From Flavobacteriales bacterium (GTDB lineage: Bacteria > Bacteroidota > Bacteroidia > Flavobacteriales_F > PHOS-HE28), in the NCBI GenBank assembly GCA_020852835.1, contig JADZAC010000049.1:19378-83377 (forward strand): a stretch of 64,000 nt of DNA. Reading direction: 5' to 3'. A program made the position numbers and the translations under genes. The notes beneath the pieces were generated by a model. It was not told where the DNA came from and searched no databases. It saw nothing but the letters and a program-made list of their open reading frames with translations. How positions within the stretch are numbered: the stretch's first letter is position 1; each line of letters starts with the position of its first letter. Positions 32,443 through 42,551 of the stretch are shown here, one piece after another.

Positions 32443-33627
32443 TCAGGAACGGTAGCTTTCCGTCAGGTGGAAAACCTGGGTGAGGATCTTCCGGTCATCG
32501 GCGGTAAGGGCCACTGCCCGGCGTTGCATTACCAATTGGCACGTTTCCATGGCCTTGTCCAAGGCATACGCAGCTGTTCCACCCCATGAAAACGGCGGGA
32601 TGTGCTTGGGCGGAAAGCCGCTGCCGAACACATTGGCGCACACCCCGGCCACCGTTCCCGTATTGAACATGGTATTGATGCCGCTTTTGGCGTGGTCGCC
32701 CATCAGCAGCCCCAGGAACTGTTGGCCCGTGGGTTCCAAGGCCCCGGTGGCGTAGCTCCATGCCTTTACTTGGCCATAGGTGTTCTTCAGGTTGCTGGTA
32801 TTGGTATCGGCGCCCAGGTTGCACCATTCACCCAGCACACTGTTGCCCAGGAAGCCGTCGTGGCCCTTGTTGCTGTACCCCAGGATCACGCTGTTGTTCA
32901 CCTCTCCGCCCACGCGGCATTCGGGGCCGAAAGCACTGGGTCCGTAGATCTTGGCTCCCATCTTCAGCTGGGCATGAACGCCCAAGGCGAACGGCCCTCG
33001 GATCATGCAGCCCTCCATGACTTCGGCCTGCTCACCGATCCAGATCGGGCCGTTTGTGGTGTTGAGGATGCTGGCCTCCACCCGGGCGCCCTCCTCCAGG
33101 AAGATCAGGCCCGGGTCTCCGATCACCGTATTGCTGGTGCTCAGCGTCCTGCTTGCACGGCCTGCGGTCAATGTGGCCATGTCGTTGGTGATGGCTCTGC
33201 CGCAATGCTGGAACAAGTGCCAAGGACGCTCCACCAGATGCACGTCCGTGGCATGCTCCACTTGGGCCAAGTAGGCCGGCGGGCTGTTCCAATGGGGAGC
33301 TTCCGCCCGGGCATCGCCATCGAGGCAAAAGGCCAGGGGTTTGCCCGACTTCATCAGTACCTGGCCCGGCTCAAGGTCCAGCACCGCTGCAGCAACCGCC
33401 GGGTCGGGGAGCCATCCGCCATGGACTTCAAAGACGCGATCGGCCAGCACGGGCGGGAATTTGCCTTGCAGGTACGCTTCCGTATGAAAGCCCACGGGCA
33501 ACCCTGAAAGTTGTTTCCATGCCTCGGCGATGGTGAAGATGCCCGCACGCAGTGCCCCCAGCGGACGGGTGTAGGTGAACGGGAGCAACTGCCGGTGCAG
33601 TCCGGCATCGGAGAGAAGAATGGCCAT
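32443..33627 (-). CDS. Putative sugar nucleotidyltransferase (GlmU-like, left-handed beta-helix hexapeptide repeats)
   Basis: N-terminal nucleotidyltransferase-like region (MAILLSDAGL...LPF). C-terminal hexapeptide repeats (GVHAQLKMGAKIYGPSAFGPECRVGGEVNNSVILG). Confidence 0.55.
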   Translation of the reverse strand: MAILLSDAGLHRQLLPFTYTRPLGALRAGIFTIAEAWKQLSGLPVGFHTEAYLQGKFPPVLADRVFEVHGGWLPDPAVAAAVLDLEPGQVLMKSGKPLAFCLDGDARAEAPHWNSPPAYLAQVEHATDVHLVERPWHLFQHCGRAITNDMATLTAGRASRTLSTSNTVIGDPGLIFLEEGARVEASILNTTNGPIWIGEQAEVMEGCMIRGPFALGVHAQLKMGAKIYGPSAFGPECRVGGEVNNSVILGYSNKGHDGFLGNSVLGEWCNLGADTNTSNLKNTYGQVKAWSYATGALEPTGQQFLGLLMGDHAKSGINTMFNTGTVAGVCANVFGSGFPPKHIPPFSWGGTAAYALDKAMETCQLVMQRRAVALTADDRKILTQVFHLTESYRS

Positions 33628-33745
33628 GCTCGGCTCGCCGCGGCTTGGGTGCAGGCGATGGGGCGAAGATCGCCACAGTTGCCTTGGAAATGGAACGGGG
33701 AGTACGCGAACCGCGCCTCCCCGCCCATCCGCCGGCAACCGATCG

Positions 33746-34411
33746 TTAGACCACCTGCAACCGGGCCGCCGCTGGAGCGGCTTCCAGCGCGTAGGCGCAA
33801 GCGTTCATCACTTCCACCAACCCGGTGGATACGTTGTACATGGCCCCTGCAAGGCCCACGGCACCACTGGCCAAGCGCTCGCGCACAATGGGGCTCTGTT
33901 CAAGGATCTCATCGATGGAAACGCAGACATTGGCTGCGGCCACGCGATCCAGGTACGGCCGTGGGTCGTTGCTGCCGCCGTTGGCACGCCGGATGGCGGG
34001 TGCAATGCGTTCCAGGGTGCCGGTGAGGTTGCCCATGCGCACCTTGTCGCAGGCACCGGCCACGGCACCACAAGCCGTGTGGCCCAGCACCATCACGAGC
34101 TTCACGCCGGCGGCGGCCACGGCATATTCAATGCTGCCGAGCACGTCCGGCGTTACCACGTTGCCTGCTATGCGGATGCTGAAGATGTCGCCCAGACCTT
34201 GATCGAAGACCAATTCGGCGCTGGTGCGCGAGTCCATGCAACTGAGGATCACCGCCCCCGGATACTGTCCTTGCGCAGTGGCTTGCACTTGCAGCTGCAA
34301 GTCGCGGTTGGCTTTCAGGTTGTTCGCAAAACGGGCATTGCCCGCAAGGAGCACGCGCAGCATTTCGGCCGGGGTGAGCCCAGCACGGGATTCCTTGGTA
34401 AGCGTTCTCAT
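33746..34411 (-). CDS. Beta-class carbonic anhydrase
   Basis: Motifs CMDSR and HTACGAV (zinc ligands). The start ATG overlaps the SulP stop as ATGA. Confidence 0.8.
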   Translation of the reverse strand: MRTLTKESRAGLTPAEMLRVLLAGNARFANNLKANRDLQLQVQATAQGQYPGAVILSCMDSRTSAELVFDQGLGDIFSIRIAGNVVTPDVLGSIEYAVAAAGVKLVMVLGHTACGAVAGACDKVRMGNLTGTLERIAPAIRRANGGSNDPRPYLDRVAAANVCVSIDEILEQSPIVRERLASGAVGLAGAMYNVSTGLVEVMNACAYALEAAPAAARLQVV

Positions 34412-35988
34412 GCTTGCGCGGTGGATCGTCCGTTTGAGGAATAATGGAAGGATTCCCGGAGATGCTTCACGCTCATCCATGCAGCCGTTCGGTGCCTGCG
34501 GTGTTCCCGTTGCCCCACTACTTCCACGGTGGAGCCCTTCTCGGCGGCGCGCAGGCCGCCATCGGCGAGGATCTCATGGATGTCCGGGTCCAAGGCCACG
34601 GCCCGGCTCACATCCACGACGATCCGCGAACCGGGAGGCAGCTCTTCCAGCGTGCGTTGGATGCTGGCCTTGTTCAGGAAGCTGGTCTCTTCTCCCAAGG
34701 CAATGCGCACCGGTGTGCCAGGCATCACGGAACGTTCCAGCAAGTGGAAGGGCACCTTGTAGTTGTTGCGCAAAATGAAAAACAGGGCTACTGCCATGCC
34801 CAAGCCCACGCCTTGGAGCAGGTCCAGGAACACCACGCCTATCACGGTGGCCAAGAAGGGTACGAAGCGCTGCCACCCGCCTGCCCACATCTCCTTGAAG
34901 AGCATGGGCTTGGCCAGTTTGTATCCCACCTGCAGGAGGATGGCGGCCAGAGCAGCCAAGGGAATCATCCCCAACAGACCGGGAAAGAGCACTAACGCCA
35001 GCAGGATCCACAAGCCATGGAGCATGGTGGAGAGCTTGGTCCTACCGCCGGACTGGATGTTGGTGGAGCTGCGCACGATCACTTGCGTTACAGGCAGAGC
35101 GCCCAACAGACCGGCCACCATGTTGCCCACGCCCTGGGCCATCAACTCACGGTTCTTGGGAGTAGTGCGGCGTTGGGGATCCAGTTTGTCAGCGGCCTCC
35201 ACGGAAAGCAGCGTCTCCAAACTCGCCACCACGGCCATGGTGAGGGCGGTGGTCCAAACAGTTTGATCGAATACGCCGGACCAATCGGGTCCCGGAAACA
35301 GCTCAGCCCAAAGGGTGCCGGTGAGCTTGGGCAGTTGGACGAAGTGCGCCGCAGTAAGGGAGCCGCTCCACGCACCCATTGCCACCCCAAGTACCACGGC
35401 CACCAACGGGCCCGGTACCATGGCCAATATGCTATTGCGCTTTATGATCGGCTGTTCCCACAGGACCAATACCACAAGGCAGCACGCAGCAATGGCCAAT
35501 GCGCTGAGGTTGGGCGCAGCGAAGGCCATGGCCAGCTTGGTGAAGACCCCGCCTTGCAGTTGCCCTTCGGCAATAAGGCCCAAGGCGTTCGGCACCTGCG
35601 TAAGGGCGATGTAGATGCCGATACCGGCCAACATGCCCTTGATGACGGAAGACGGGAAGAAGTACGCGATGGTCCCGCCTTTGGCGATGCCCAGCAGAAA
35701 CTGGAGAGCACCAGCCAGCAGCACGGCCATCAGGAACAGCGGGAACGAGCCCAATGCGGCCACGCTGGTTACCACAATGGCGGCAAGCCCCGCCGCAGGC
35801 CCGGACACGCCCAGCTGGGAGCCGCTGGCAGCGCCCACGACCAGGCCGCCGATCATGCCTGCAAGCAGGCCGGCGAAAGGTGGCGCACCGGAAGCCAAGG
35901 CAATGCCCAGGCACAAGGGGATGGCCACGAGTGAAACGACAAGAGAAGAGGGGAGGTCACGTTTGACCGACCCGAAAAGGTTGTTCAT
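34408..35988 (-). CDS. SulP-family anion transporter (BicA-like) with a C-terminal STAS domain
   Basis: N-terminus MNNLFGSVKRDLPSSLVVSLVAIPLCLGIALASG. A multi-TM core and a C-terminal STAS-like segment. Confidence 0.85.
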   Translation of the reverse strand: MNNLFGSVKRDLPSSLVVSLVAIPLCLGIALASGAPPFAGLLAGMIGGLVVGAASGSQLGVSGPAAGLAAIVVTSVAALGSFPLFLMAVLLAGALQFLLGIAKGGTIAYFFPSSVIKGMLAGIGIYIALTQVPNALGLIAEGQLQGGVFTKLAMAFAAPNLSALAIAACCLVVLVLWEQPIIKRNSILAMVPGPLVAVVLGVAMGAWSGSLTAAHFVQLPKLTGTLWAELFPGPDWSGVFDQTVWTTALTMAVVASLETLLSVEAADKLDPQRRTTPKNRELMAQGVGNMVAGLLGALPVTQVIVRSSTNIQSGGRTKLSTMLHGLWILLALVLFPGLLGMIPLAALAAILLQVGYKLAKPMLFKEMWAGGWQRFVPFLATVIGVVFLDLLQGVGLGMAVALFFILRNNYKVPFHLLERSVMPGTPVRIALGEETSFLNKASIQRTLEELPPGSRIVVDVSRAVALDPDIHEILADGGLRAAEKGSTVEVVGQREHRRHRTAAWMSVKHLRESFHYSSNGRSTAQA

Positions 35989-36097
35989 GGTATGCGGTAT
36001 GGACAGGGGACCCGCCATGTGCCACGCCGCTCGGTGCCGGGTCCCCGGATGGCACGCGATCAAAGGGTGGCAAAAACGCGCCGCATGGGCGCAGGCA

Positions 36098-36418
36098 TCA
36101 GGCCGTCCGCGGCGGGCGCAGCAGCACCTCCCCGATGGGTCCCGGCGGCACGGGTTCGTCGCGGTGGCCGAACAGGGCCTTCATCAGCTGGCCCATGCAC
36201 AAGGCCGCACCCGCCCAATCACGATGAGCGTGGTATTCGGACTTCAGCACCTCACGCCCATGGGCATGCTCCTCCTCCACGGGAGCCGGGGTGGCGATCA
36301 CCTTGCCCAAGGAAACTTGGAGCACCGTGGGAAGCAGTACCGTGGAAAACAGCAGCCCGCCGAACAATACGGCCACCACGCCGAGGGCGAACTTGGACCA
36401 GGGGTGGCGCGCATCCAT
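36098..36418 (-). CDS. Hypothetical small membrane protein (106 aa, one TM helix and a His-containing tail)
   Basis: The ORF fills the gap between PiT and SulP on the same strand. Hydrophobic helix VVAVLFGGLLFSTVLLPTVL. I recognise no conserved motif. High GC makes a spurious ORF possible. Confidence 0.3.
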   Translation of the reverse strand: MDARHPWSKFALGVVAVLFGGLLFSTVLLPTVLQVSLGKVIATPAPVEEEHAHGREVLKSEYHAHRDWAGAALCMGQLMKALFGHRDEPVPPGPIGEVLLRPPRTA

Positions 36419-36477
36419 CAGGGCACAAAACTAAACCGCTTCAACGCAGGGGCATTCCCAATGTTTGCAAGTGCCGT

Positions 36478-37878
36478 CTACAAGCCGAACAACATGCAGC
36501 CCCAATATGTCAACGCAGCCAACAGGGCGCTTACCGGAATGGTGATGATCCAGGCCCAAAGCAGCCGTACGGTAACCCCCCAGCGTACGGCGCTGAGCCG
36601 TTTGATGGCGCCCACGCCGATGATCGAGCCGGTGATGGTGTGGGTGGTGCTCACGGGTATGCCCATCTGCTCGGTCAAGTAGAGCGTCATGGCCCCGCCG
36701 GTCTCGGCGCAAACGCCTTCCAAGGCGGACACTTTGGTGATGCGCGTGCCCATGGTTTTGATGATCTTCCAGCCGCCGCTCAAGGTTCCCAAGCCGATCA
36801 TGGTGTAGCAGGCCAGCGGCACCCAGTCGGGCATGTCCTTGAAATCCTTGATGTTGCCATTGGCAATGAGGGCCGCTGCGATGATGCCCATGACCTTCTG
36901 TGCATCGTTGCCCCCGTGGCCCAGGCTGAATGCGGCGGAGCTGGCCAGCTGCAGGCGCTTGAACATGCGTGCCATGCTGAAGGCGTTGGGCGTGCGCACT
37001 TTCTCCACGTAGATGTAGGTCGCGCAGAAGAGCGCGAAGAGGAGCATGATGCCAACGCGGATCTTGCTGTTGTCCCCGTTGGCGATCGCCTGTGCCACCT
37101 TGGCCTGGTTGATGTCGGGGGCCACTTCGCTCTGGATCATCTCCGCCACGCCCTTGGATCCTTTCACATGGTACATGGCCAAGTAGGGCACGGCCTCTTC
37201 ATACTTCAGCTTGGCGGCATCCAGTTCGGCCTGGTGCTCCGGGTGGAGCAGGGCCTTCTCCTCCAAGGCGGGAACGCCCATGGCACTGGCCAGGTTGGTT
37301 TCCATCTTGCCCTCCTGCAAGTGCACGAACAACATCCAGGTGAACACTCCGCAGAGCACGATCAGGCACACGCGGAACCAGGTGTTCTCCACCAAGGTCA
37401 CCAAGGAGATGAACATGCTCATCAGCATGCCTACCACCGGTGCCAGGAAAATGAAGGCCACGATCACCAGGATCTTGCCGCTTTCCACCACCTCGCCCAC
37501 GGAGAGCCCGTTGTAGTGGGTGAATGCATGGGTAAGGGCCGCCCCGGCAAAACCGCCGATCAAGGTGTGCGAGCTGCTGCTGGGAATGCCATACCACCAG
37601 GTCAGCAGGTTCCAGATGATCGCCGCCACGAGCCCGCTGAAGATCACCGGCAGGGTGATGAACTCCTGGTGCACTACCTTGCTGATGGTGTTGGCCACGG
37701 CATGATCCCTGAAAATGAAGAACGCCGCGAAGTTGAACAGCGCCGCCCATGCCACGGCCTGGAGCGGCGAAAGCACCTTGGTGCTCACCACCGTGGCGAT
37801 CGAGTTCGCCGCATCATGGAAGCCATTGATGTAGTCGAACAGCAAGGCGAGCACAATGATGGCGACCAACAGGCTCAT
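36478..37878 (-). CDS. Inorganic phosphate transporter, PiT family
   Basis: 466 aa. N-terminus LLFDYINGFHDAANSIATVVST. The family motif is duplicated in the C-terminal half (GHGGNDAQKVMGIIAAAL). Confidence 0.85.
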   Translation of the reverse strand: MSLLVAIIVLALLFDYINGFHDAANSIATVVSTKVLSPLQAVAWAALFNFAAFFIFRDHAVANTISKVVHQEFITLPVIFSGLVAAIIWNLLTWWYGIPSSSSHTLIGGFAGAALTHAFTHYNGLSVGEVVESGKILVIVAFIFLAPVVGMLMSMFISLVTLVENTWFRVCLIVLCGVFTWMLFVHLQEGKMETNLASAMGVPALEEKALLHPEHQAELDAAKLKYEEAVPYLAMYHVKGSKGVAEMIQSEVAPDINQAKVAQAIANGDNSKIRVGIMLLFALFCATYIYVEKVRTPNAFSMARMFKRLQLASSAAFSLGHGGNDAQKVMGIIAAALIANGNIKDFKDMPDWVPLACYTMIGLGTLSGGWKIIKTMGTRITKVSALEGVCAETGGAMTLYLTEQMGIPVSTTHTITGSIIGVGAIKRLSAVRWGVTVRLLWAWIITIPVSALLAALTYWGCMLFGL

Positions 37879-37993
37879 GCGTACTGCAAGGGGTTGAGGG
37901 TGCCTGCGGAAAAGGCCATGGTCCTGTCACCTCGGTGCGGCATGGTCGCCAGTTGCTTGGCGCTTCCTTGGGCGTCCCTTGGGCCTAGGTTCA

Positions 37994-38761
37994 TCAGGCG
38001 TACTTGAGCATGATGGACTCGATCACGTTGGCCACATCCTCGCATTTGTCCGTGGCCATCTCCAGCATCATGTAGGTATCGCGCATCTTGATGAGGTGGA
38101 TGGCGTCCTTCTCGTTGGCGAAGAGTTGTTCGATGGCCGCGTCGCATACCTCGTCGGCCTCGTTCTCCATGCTGTTCACGTCGATCACGAACTGCTGGTG
38201 GGCGTAAGGCTTGTTTAGGTCCCGCAGATGATGCACGGCCAGCTGCACGATCTTGGCTCCTTGGTTCACCAGGCGGGCGAGTTCCTTGCAGGTGGCATCG
38301 GGCTTTTCGATGCGGTACATGTCGAGGTTCTTGGCGCTGGCCAGGATGTAATCGGCCACATCGTCCAAACTGCTGGCCAAGGCATGGATGTCCTCCCGGT
38401 CGATGGGGGTGATGAAGTTGCGGGCCAGGTCCTGGAAGATGGTGTGCGTGAGGTCGTCGTTGGCGCGCTCTTGCAGCACCAGCCGCTCCAAGATGGCCGT
38501 GCGCTGCGCGCCCGGTTCCGAGGCCATGGCCAGTACCAGGTCTTCGCTCATCTTCAGCACGTTTGCCGCCGAGGCTTCAAAGTGGTAGAAGAACACCTTG
38601 TCCTGGGGCTTGAACATGCGAAAGAACGATCCGATGGGCATCTTAGGCTGGTTTGCGGCGCCAAATGTAGCAGCCTTGCTTTGTTGGGGGGACCGGCGCG
38701 GTGGATTTAACCCTCCGGCAACATTGGCGCCAAGGCATGGCAAGCTGTAGGTTCGCGCCAT
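37994..38761 (-). CDS. DUF47 (TIGR00153, PhoU-like) protein, the usual partner of PiT
   Basis: About 210 aa helical protein immediately upstream of PiT on the same strand. This is the conserved DUF47-PiT pairing. Confidence 0.7.
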   Translation of the reverse strand: MARTYSLPCLGANVAGGLNPPRRSPQQSKAATFGAANQPKMPIGSFFRMFKPQDKVFFYHFEASAANVLKMSEDLVLAMASEPGAQRTAILERLVLQERANDDLTHTIFQDLARNFITPIDREDIHALASSLDDVADYILASAKNLDMYRIEKPDATCKELARLVNQGAKIVQLAVHHLRDLNKPYAHQQFVIDVNSMENEADEVCDAAIEQLFANEKDAIHLIKMRDTYMMLEMATDKCEDVANVIESIMLKYA

Positions 38762-39353
38762 GTACTATGCGTTCAAGGGCATGCGGCCGGTAGTGCACCC
38801 TTCGGCCTTCGTCCACCCGCAAGCTGTGGTCACCGGCCACGTCATCATCGGCCGCGATGTGTACATCGGCCCGGGCGCCGCACTGCGTGGCGATTGGGGG
38901 GGCATTGTCATTGAAGATGGCTGCAACGTGCAGGAGAACTGCACCGTGCACATGTTCCCCGGGATCACGGTGCGCTTGGAACAAGGCGCCCACATTGGCC
39001 ATGGGGCCATCATCCACGGTGCGCATGTGGGCCGCAACTGCCTGGTGGGCATGAATGCCGTGCTGATGGACCGCGTGGTGCTGGGCGAAGGATGCATCGT
39101 GGGGGCCTTGGCCTTTCTTCCCGCGGATTCCGTATGGGAGCCGCGCAAGGTCATTGTGGGCAATCCCGCGCGGGCGGTCAAGGAGGTCAGCGATGAAATG
39201 CTTGCCTGGAAGAGCGCGGGCACCAGGCTCTACCAAGCGTTGCCTAGCGAGCTGCACGCCTCTTTGGAAGCGTGTGAGCCGCTGCGGGAAGTACCGCCGG
39301 TCCCGCCGCCGTTCGCATCACATTACCGCACTTGGAACGAAACCAAGGATTAA
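38760..39353 (+). CDS. Gamma-carbonic-anhydrase-family hexapeptide-repeat protein (YrdA/PaaY/CaiE-like)
   Basis: Repeats HPSAFVHPQAVVTGHVIIG and IGHGAIIHGAHVGRNCLVGMNAVLMD, with metal-binding His residues in the register typical of gamma-CA. Confidence 0.7.
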   Translation: MYYAFKGMRPVVHPSAFVHPQAVVTGHVIIGRDVYIGPGAALRGDWGGIVIEDGCNVQENCTVHMFPGITVRLEQGAHIGHGAIIHGAHVGRNCLVGMNAVLMDRVVLGEGCIVGALAFLPADSVWEPRKVIVGNPARAVKEVSDEMLAWKSAGTRLYQALPSELHASLEACEPLREVPPVPPPFASHYRTWNETKD

Positions 39354-39464
39354 CGCCGGCTTCGCGCACCGGCGATCGCGCGCCTGGCCGGCCCTCCCCT
39401 TGCGCGGCCGGTTCGTTTGGTCTTCCGCTCGAAGCGCAACGCGGCATGCGGAACGTACCGCTGC

Positions 39465-39848
39465 CTACGGCACAGGCTTGTGCGGCGCGCTGTGGTGTTG
39501 CATCCGGCGCTGCTGGTCGAGGTGCAGCTTGTGCAGCAGCCGGTGGATGGTGGGCGCCAGCATGGCCGCAACGATGGTGAGCAGGGCAACACCGCAATAC
39601 AGGGCGTAGCAAGCGGCAAACCACTTGGCCGCCTTGTTGGGCAGCGGGTCCACGGGCCCCATGCCGCCAAGGATCATGCTGGCATTGAGGAAGGCATCGG
39701 TGAACCCCAGGTGGGCGAAGCCCATATAGCCCGCCACGCCGATCGCCAGGCTGATCGCAATAAAGGCCAAGGCCCACAGTATGAAGCGAAGCTGCCTGCG
39801 CACATAGGCACGCCGGTGGGGCAAAGGGTCGTTGAACGTGCTGATCAT
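39465..39848 (-). CDS. Hypothetical membrane protein
   Basis: About 127 aa with three hydrophobic helices (ILWALAFIAISLAIGVAGY..). I assign no family. Confidence 0.35.
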   Translation of the reverse strand: MISTFNDPLPHRRAYVRRQLRFILWALAFIAISLAIGVAGYMGFAHLGFTDAFLNASMILGGMGPVDPLPNKAAKWFAACYALYCGVALLTIVAAMLAPTIHRLLHKLHLDQQRRMQHHSAPHKPVP

Positions 39849-39936
39849 GCCGGAAAAGTAGCCATCAACAGCAGGGCGTTCACCGAATGCTTCCGGAGCA
39901 GCCCCTGTGCTTGGCCGCACCGGTGAACTTCGCCCC

Positions 39937-40305
39937 ATGCGCGGCCTCTACAGCATCGCCCTGCTGGTGCTCAGCAATGCCTTCATGACCGTTGCCTGGT
40001 ACGGCCACCTGCGCTTCAAGGATCAACCGGCATTGGCCAAATGGGGTTTGCCCGCAGTGATCCTGGTAAGCTGGGGAGTTGCCTTTTTTGAATACTGCCT
40101 GCAGGTGCCGGCCAACCGCTTGGGCTACAACGGCCATGGCGGTCCCTTCTCACTGGTGCAATTGAAAGTGGTCCAGGAGGTGATCACCTTGGTGGTGTTC
40201 ATGGCATTCAGCGCCATTGCCTTCAAGGACCAAACGTTCCGCTGGAACCATGCTTTGGCAGCGCTGCTGCTGGTTGCCGCAGTTTGGCTGGTGTTCAAGA
40301 AATAG
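39937..40305 (+). CDS. DUF486-like small DMT-superfamily membrane protein
   Basis: About 120 aa with four TM helices (LYSIALLVLSNAFMTVAWYGHL...). Typical of DUF486. Confidence 0.5.
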   Translation: MRGLYSIALLVLSNAFMTVAWYGHLRFKDQPALAKWGLPAVILVSWGVAFFEYCLQVPANRLGYNGHGGPFSLVQLKVVQEVITLVVFMAFSAIAFKDQTFRWNHALAALLLVAAVWLVFKK

Positions 40306-40306
40306 C

Positions 40307-42037
40307 ATGGAGGACGGGTTGTACAAGGAGCTCGTGGTGGTGCTGGCACTGGCCGTGGGCATCATCTTGTTGTTCCGGCGGCTGAAGATGCCCGGCGTGC
40401 TGGGCTTCATCCTTGCGGGCATGCTGGCCGGGCCCCATGTATTGGGCTGGGTGGAGGAGGTGGAACGGGTGCAGGAACTGGCCGATTTCGGCATGATCTT
40501 CCTGCTGTTCGTGATCGGCATGGGCTTCAGCTTGAAGGAGCTTTCTTCCATGGGCCTCACGGTGTTCGTGGGCGGAACCCTTCAGGCGGTGCTCACCATT
40601 GCCATGATCGCCTGGCTTTGCACCGCACTGGGGCTGTCCTGGCCTCGATCCGTGTTCATGGGGTTCCTGGTCACCTTGAGCAGCACGGCCATTGTACTGC
40701 GGGTATTGCAGGAACGGGGCCGGCTGGAATCCGCGGCCGGGCGGGCCATTTCGGGCATCCTCATTTTCCAGGACATATTGGTGGTGCCCATGATGCTGGT
40801 GATGCCCATGCTGGCCGGCCGGAGCGGTGATGCGGGCGGCGAGCTGCTCCTGTTGGCGGGCAAGGTGCTCCTGCTGCTGTTGCTGGTGTACATCGGCGGG
40901 CGCTGGGCCGTGCCGCACCTGCTCAGGCATGTGGCCAAAGGGCGCAATAAGGAGCTCTTCATCCTTACCGTGGTGCTGTTGTGCTTCGCGGCGGCGTGGG
41001 GCAGCGCGGCACTGGGGCTCTCCCTGGCCTTGGGGGCATTCTTCGCAGGCCTGATCATCAGCGGCACCGACCAGGTGCACCAGGCCGCCGACATCGTGCA
41101 ACCCTTCCATCAGCTGTTCATGAGCTTCTTTTTCGTAAGCATCGGCATGTTGGTGGATCCCGCCCTCTTCACCTCCTCCCCTGCGCTGGTGCTGGGGCTC
41201 GCCTTGCTGGTGATGCTGGCCAAGACCCTGGCCGGGTTCTTGGCGATATGGCTGCTGCGCTATCCGGTGCGCACGGCCCTGCAATGCGCCTTGGCGCTCT
41301 TCCAAGTGGGGGAATTCTCCTTTGTACTGGCCGCATCCGGCATTGCCATGGGCTTGATCACGCCCCATCAGCACCAGTTGTTCCTGGCCGTGTCCATCAT
41401 CACCATGGCCGCCACGCCCATGGTAATGGCCCGCTCGCGCCGCATCGCCGGCGGCACGTTCAACCGCTTGCTGCCCCGCACGGGAAAACTGCAGGATGCA
41501 TTGCTGAACGCGGGCTCGCCTCCGGAAGAAGCATTGCACCAGCAGTACAAGGACCACCTGGTGATCATCGGGTTCGGCACGGCCGGCCAGCAGGTGGCCT
41601 GGGCAGCCCAAAGCATGAAGGTGCGCTGCGTGGTGATCGAGGAGGACCCGGAGCTCGCGGAACTGGCCGTGCAGCGCGGCATGTTCACCCTGCAAGGAGA
41701 TGCAGCCCAGGGAACCTTGCTGCACAAGGCACAGGTGGCCACCGCCCGGGTAGTGGCCGTAACCTTGCCCGAAAGCCGCCAGGCCCGGCGGGTGGTGGCC
41801 CAGGTGGAAGCCGCGACCAAAGCCCGCATCATCGCCAGGGCCCGCCATGCCGTGGATGAAAGCGGGCTCCATGCCCATGGCGCCGACGAAGTGATCTCCG
41901 AAGACCTCGAAGGCGCCCTGAAACTGGTGGAGCATGTGCTGCGGCGGTACCGCACCCCGCAGGCAGGCATCCTCGAGATCAGCAGCCATTTGCGGGCAGT
42001 GCACGGTGCCGAAGCTCCGTTGGCGGCCATCCGCTGA
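40307..42037 (+). CDS. Monovalent cation:proton antiporter-2 (KefB/KefC-like) with a C-terminal RCK/TrkA-N domain
   Basis: Na_H exchanger core of about 380 aa. Rossmann GxGxxG (HLVIIGFGTAGQQVA) in the cytoplasmic tail. A weak T-rich terminator follows the stop. Confidence 0.8.
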   Translation: MEDGLYKELVVVLALAVGIILLFRRLKMPGVLGFILAGMLAGPHVLGWVEEVERVQELADFGMIFLLFVIGMGFSLKELSSMGLTVFVGGTLQAVLTIAMIAWLCTALGLSWPRSVFMGFLVTLSSTAIVLRVLQERGRLESAAGRAISGILIFQDILVVPMMLVMPMLAGRSGDAGGELLLLAGKVLLLLLLVYIGGRWAVPHLLRHVAKGRNKELFILTVVLLCFAAAWGSAALGLSLALGAFFAGLIISGTDQVHQAADIVQPFHQLFMSFFFVSIGMLVDPALFTSSPALVLGLALLVMLAKTLAGFLAIWLLRYPVRTALQCALALFQVGEFSFVLAASGIAMGLITPHQHQLFLAVSIITMAATPMVMARSRRIAGGTFNRLLPRTGKLQDALLNAGSPPEEALHQQYKDHLVIIGFGTAGQQVAWAAQSMKVRCVVIEEDPELAELAVQRGMFTLQGDAAQGTLLHKAQVATARVVAVTLPESRQARRVVAQVEAATKARIIARARHAVDESGLHAHGADEVISEDLEGALKLVEHVLRRYRTPQAGILEISSHLRAVHGAEAPLAAIR

Positions 42038-42104
42038 ACCTCTTTTTTTTGCCGACCAATCACCCGATCGCAACCATTAGTAGCTTGCGCCGTAACAAGT
42101 TGGC

Positions 42105-42551
42105 ATGACCCCTGTGCTCGCCCCCCCGCCCCCGGACACCGCCCTGCTGCATGTAATGCTCGTGGATGATGAAGATGACTACCACTTGATCACCCGCATG
42201 ATGCTGCGCAAGGCTGGCTTCAAAGGCCGCTTGTCCATGTTCATGGACCCGGACGAAGCCGTCAGTGAGCTGCGCAACGGCCACGATCGCCCGGACCTGT
42301 TGCTGGTGGACATCAACATGCCCGCCACCAACGGCTTCGAGTTCCTCGCCCACTGCATGGAACAGGGGCTGCTCTCCTGCGGGGATACCACCGTGGTGAT
42401 GTGCTCCAGCAGCAACCGGCCGGTGGACATGGAACAGGCCAACCGCACGGGATGCGTGCAGGAGTATGTAGAGAAACCCCTGACCGCCGAACAATTCACA
42501 CGGATCACCGCTGATCATTTCCAGCGCCTCCACCACCGCCACAACGCATGA
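42105..42551 (+). CDS. Stand-alone response-regulator receiver (REC) protein
   Basis: Motifs DD (MLVDDEDD), phospho-acceptor LLLVDINMP, and a conserved Lys (EKPL). No output domain. Confidence 0.75.
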   Translation: MTPVLAPPPPDTALLHVMLVDDEDDYHLITRMMLRKAGFKGRLSMFMDPDEAVSELRNGHDRPDLLLVDINMPATNGFEFLAHCMEQGLLSCGDTTVVMCSSSNRPVDMEQANRTGCVQEYVEKPLTAEQFTRITADHFQRLHHRHNA

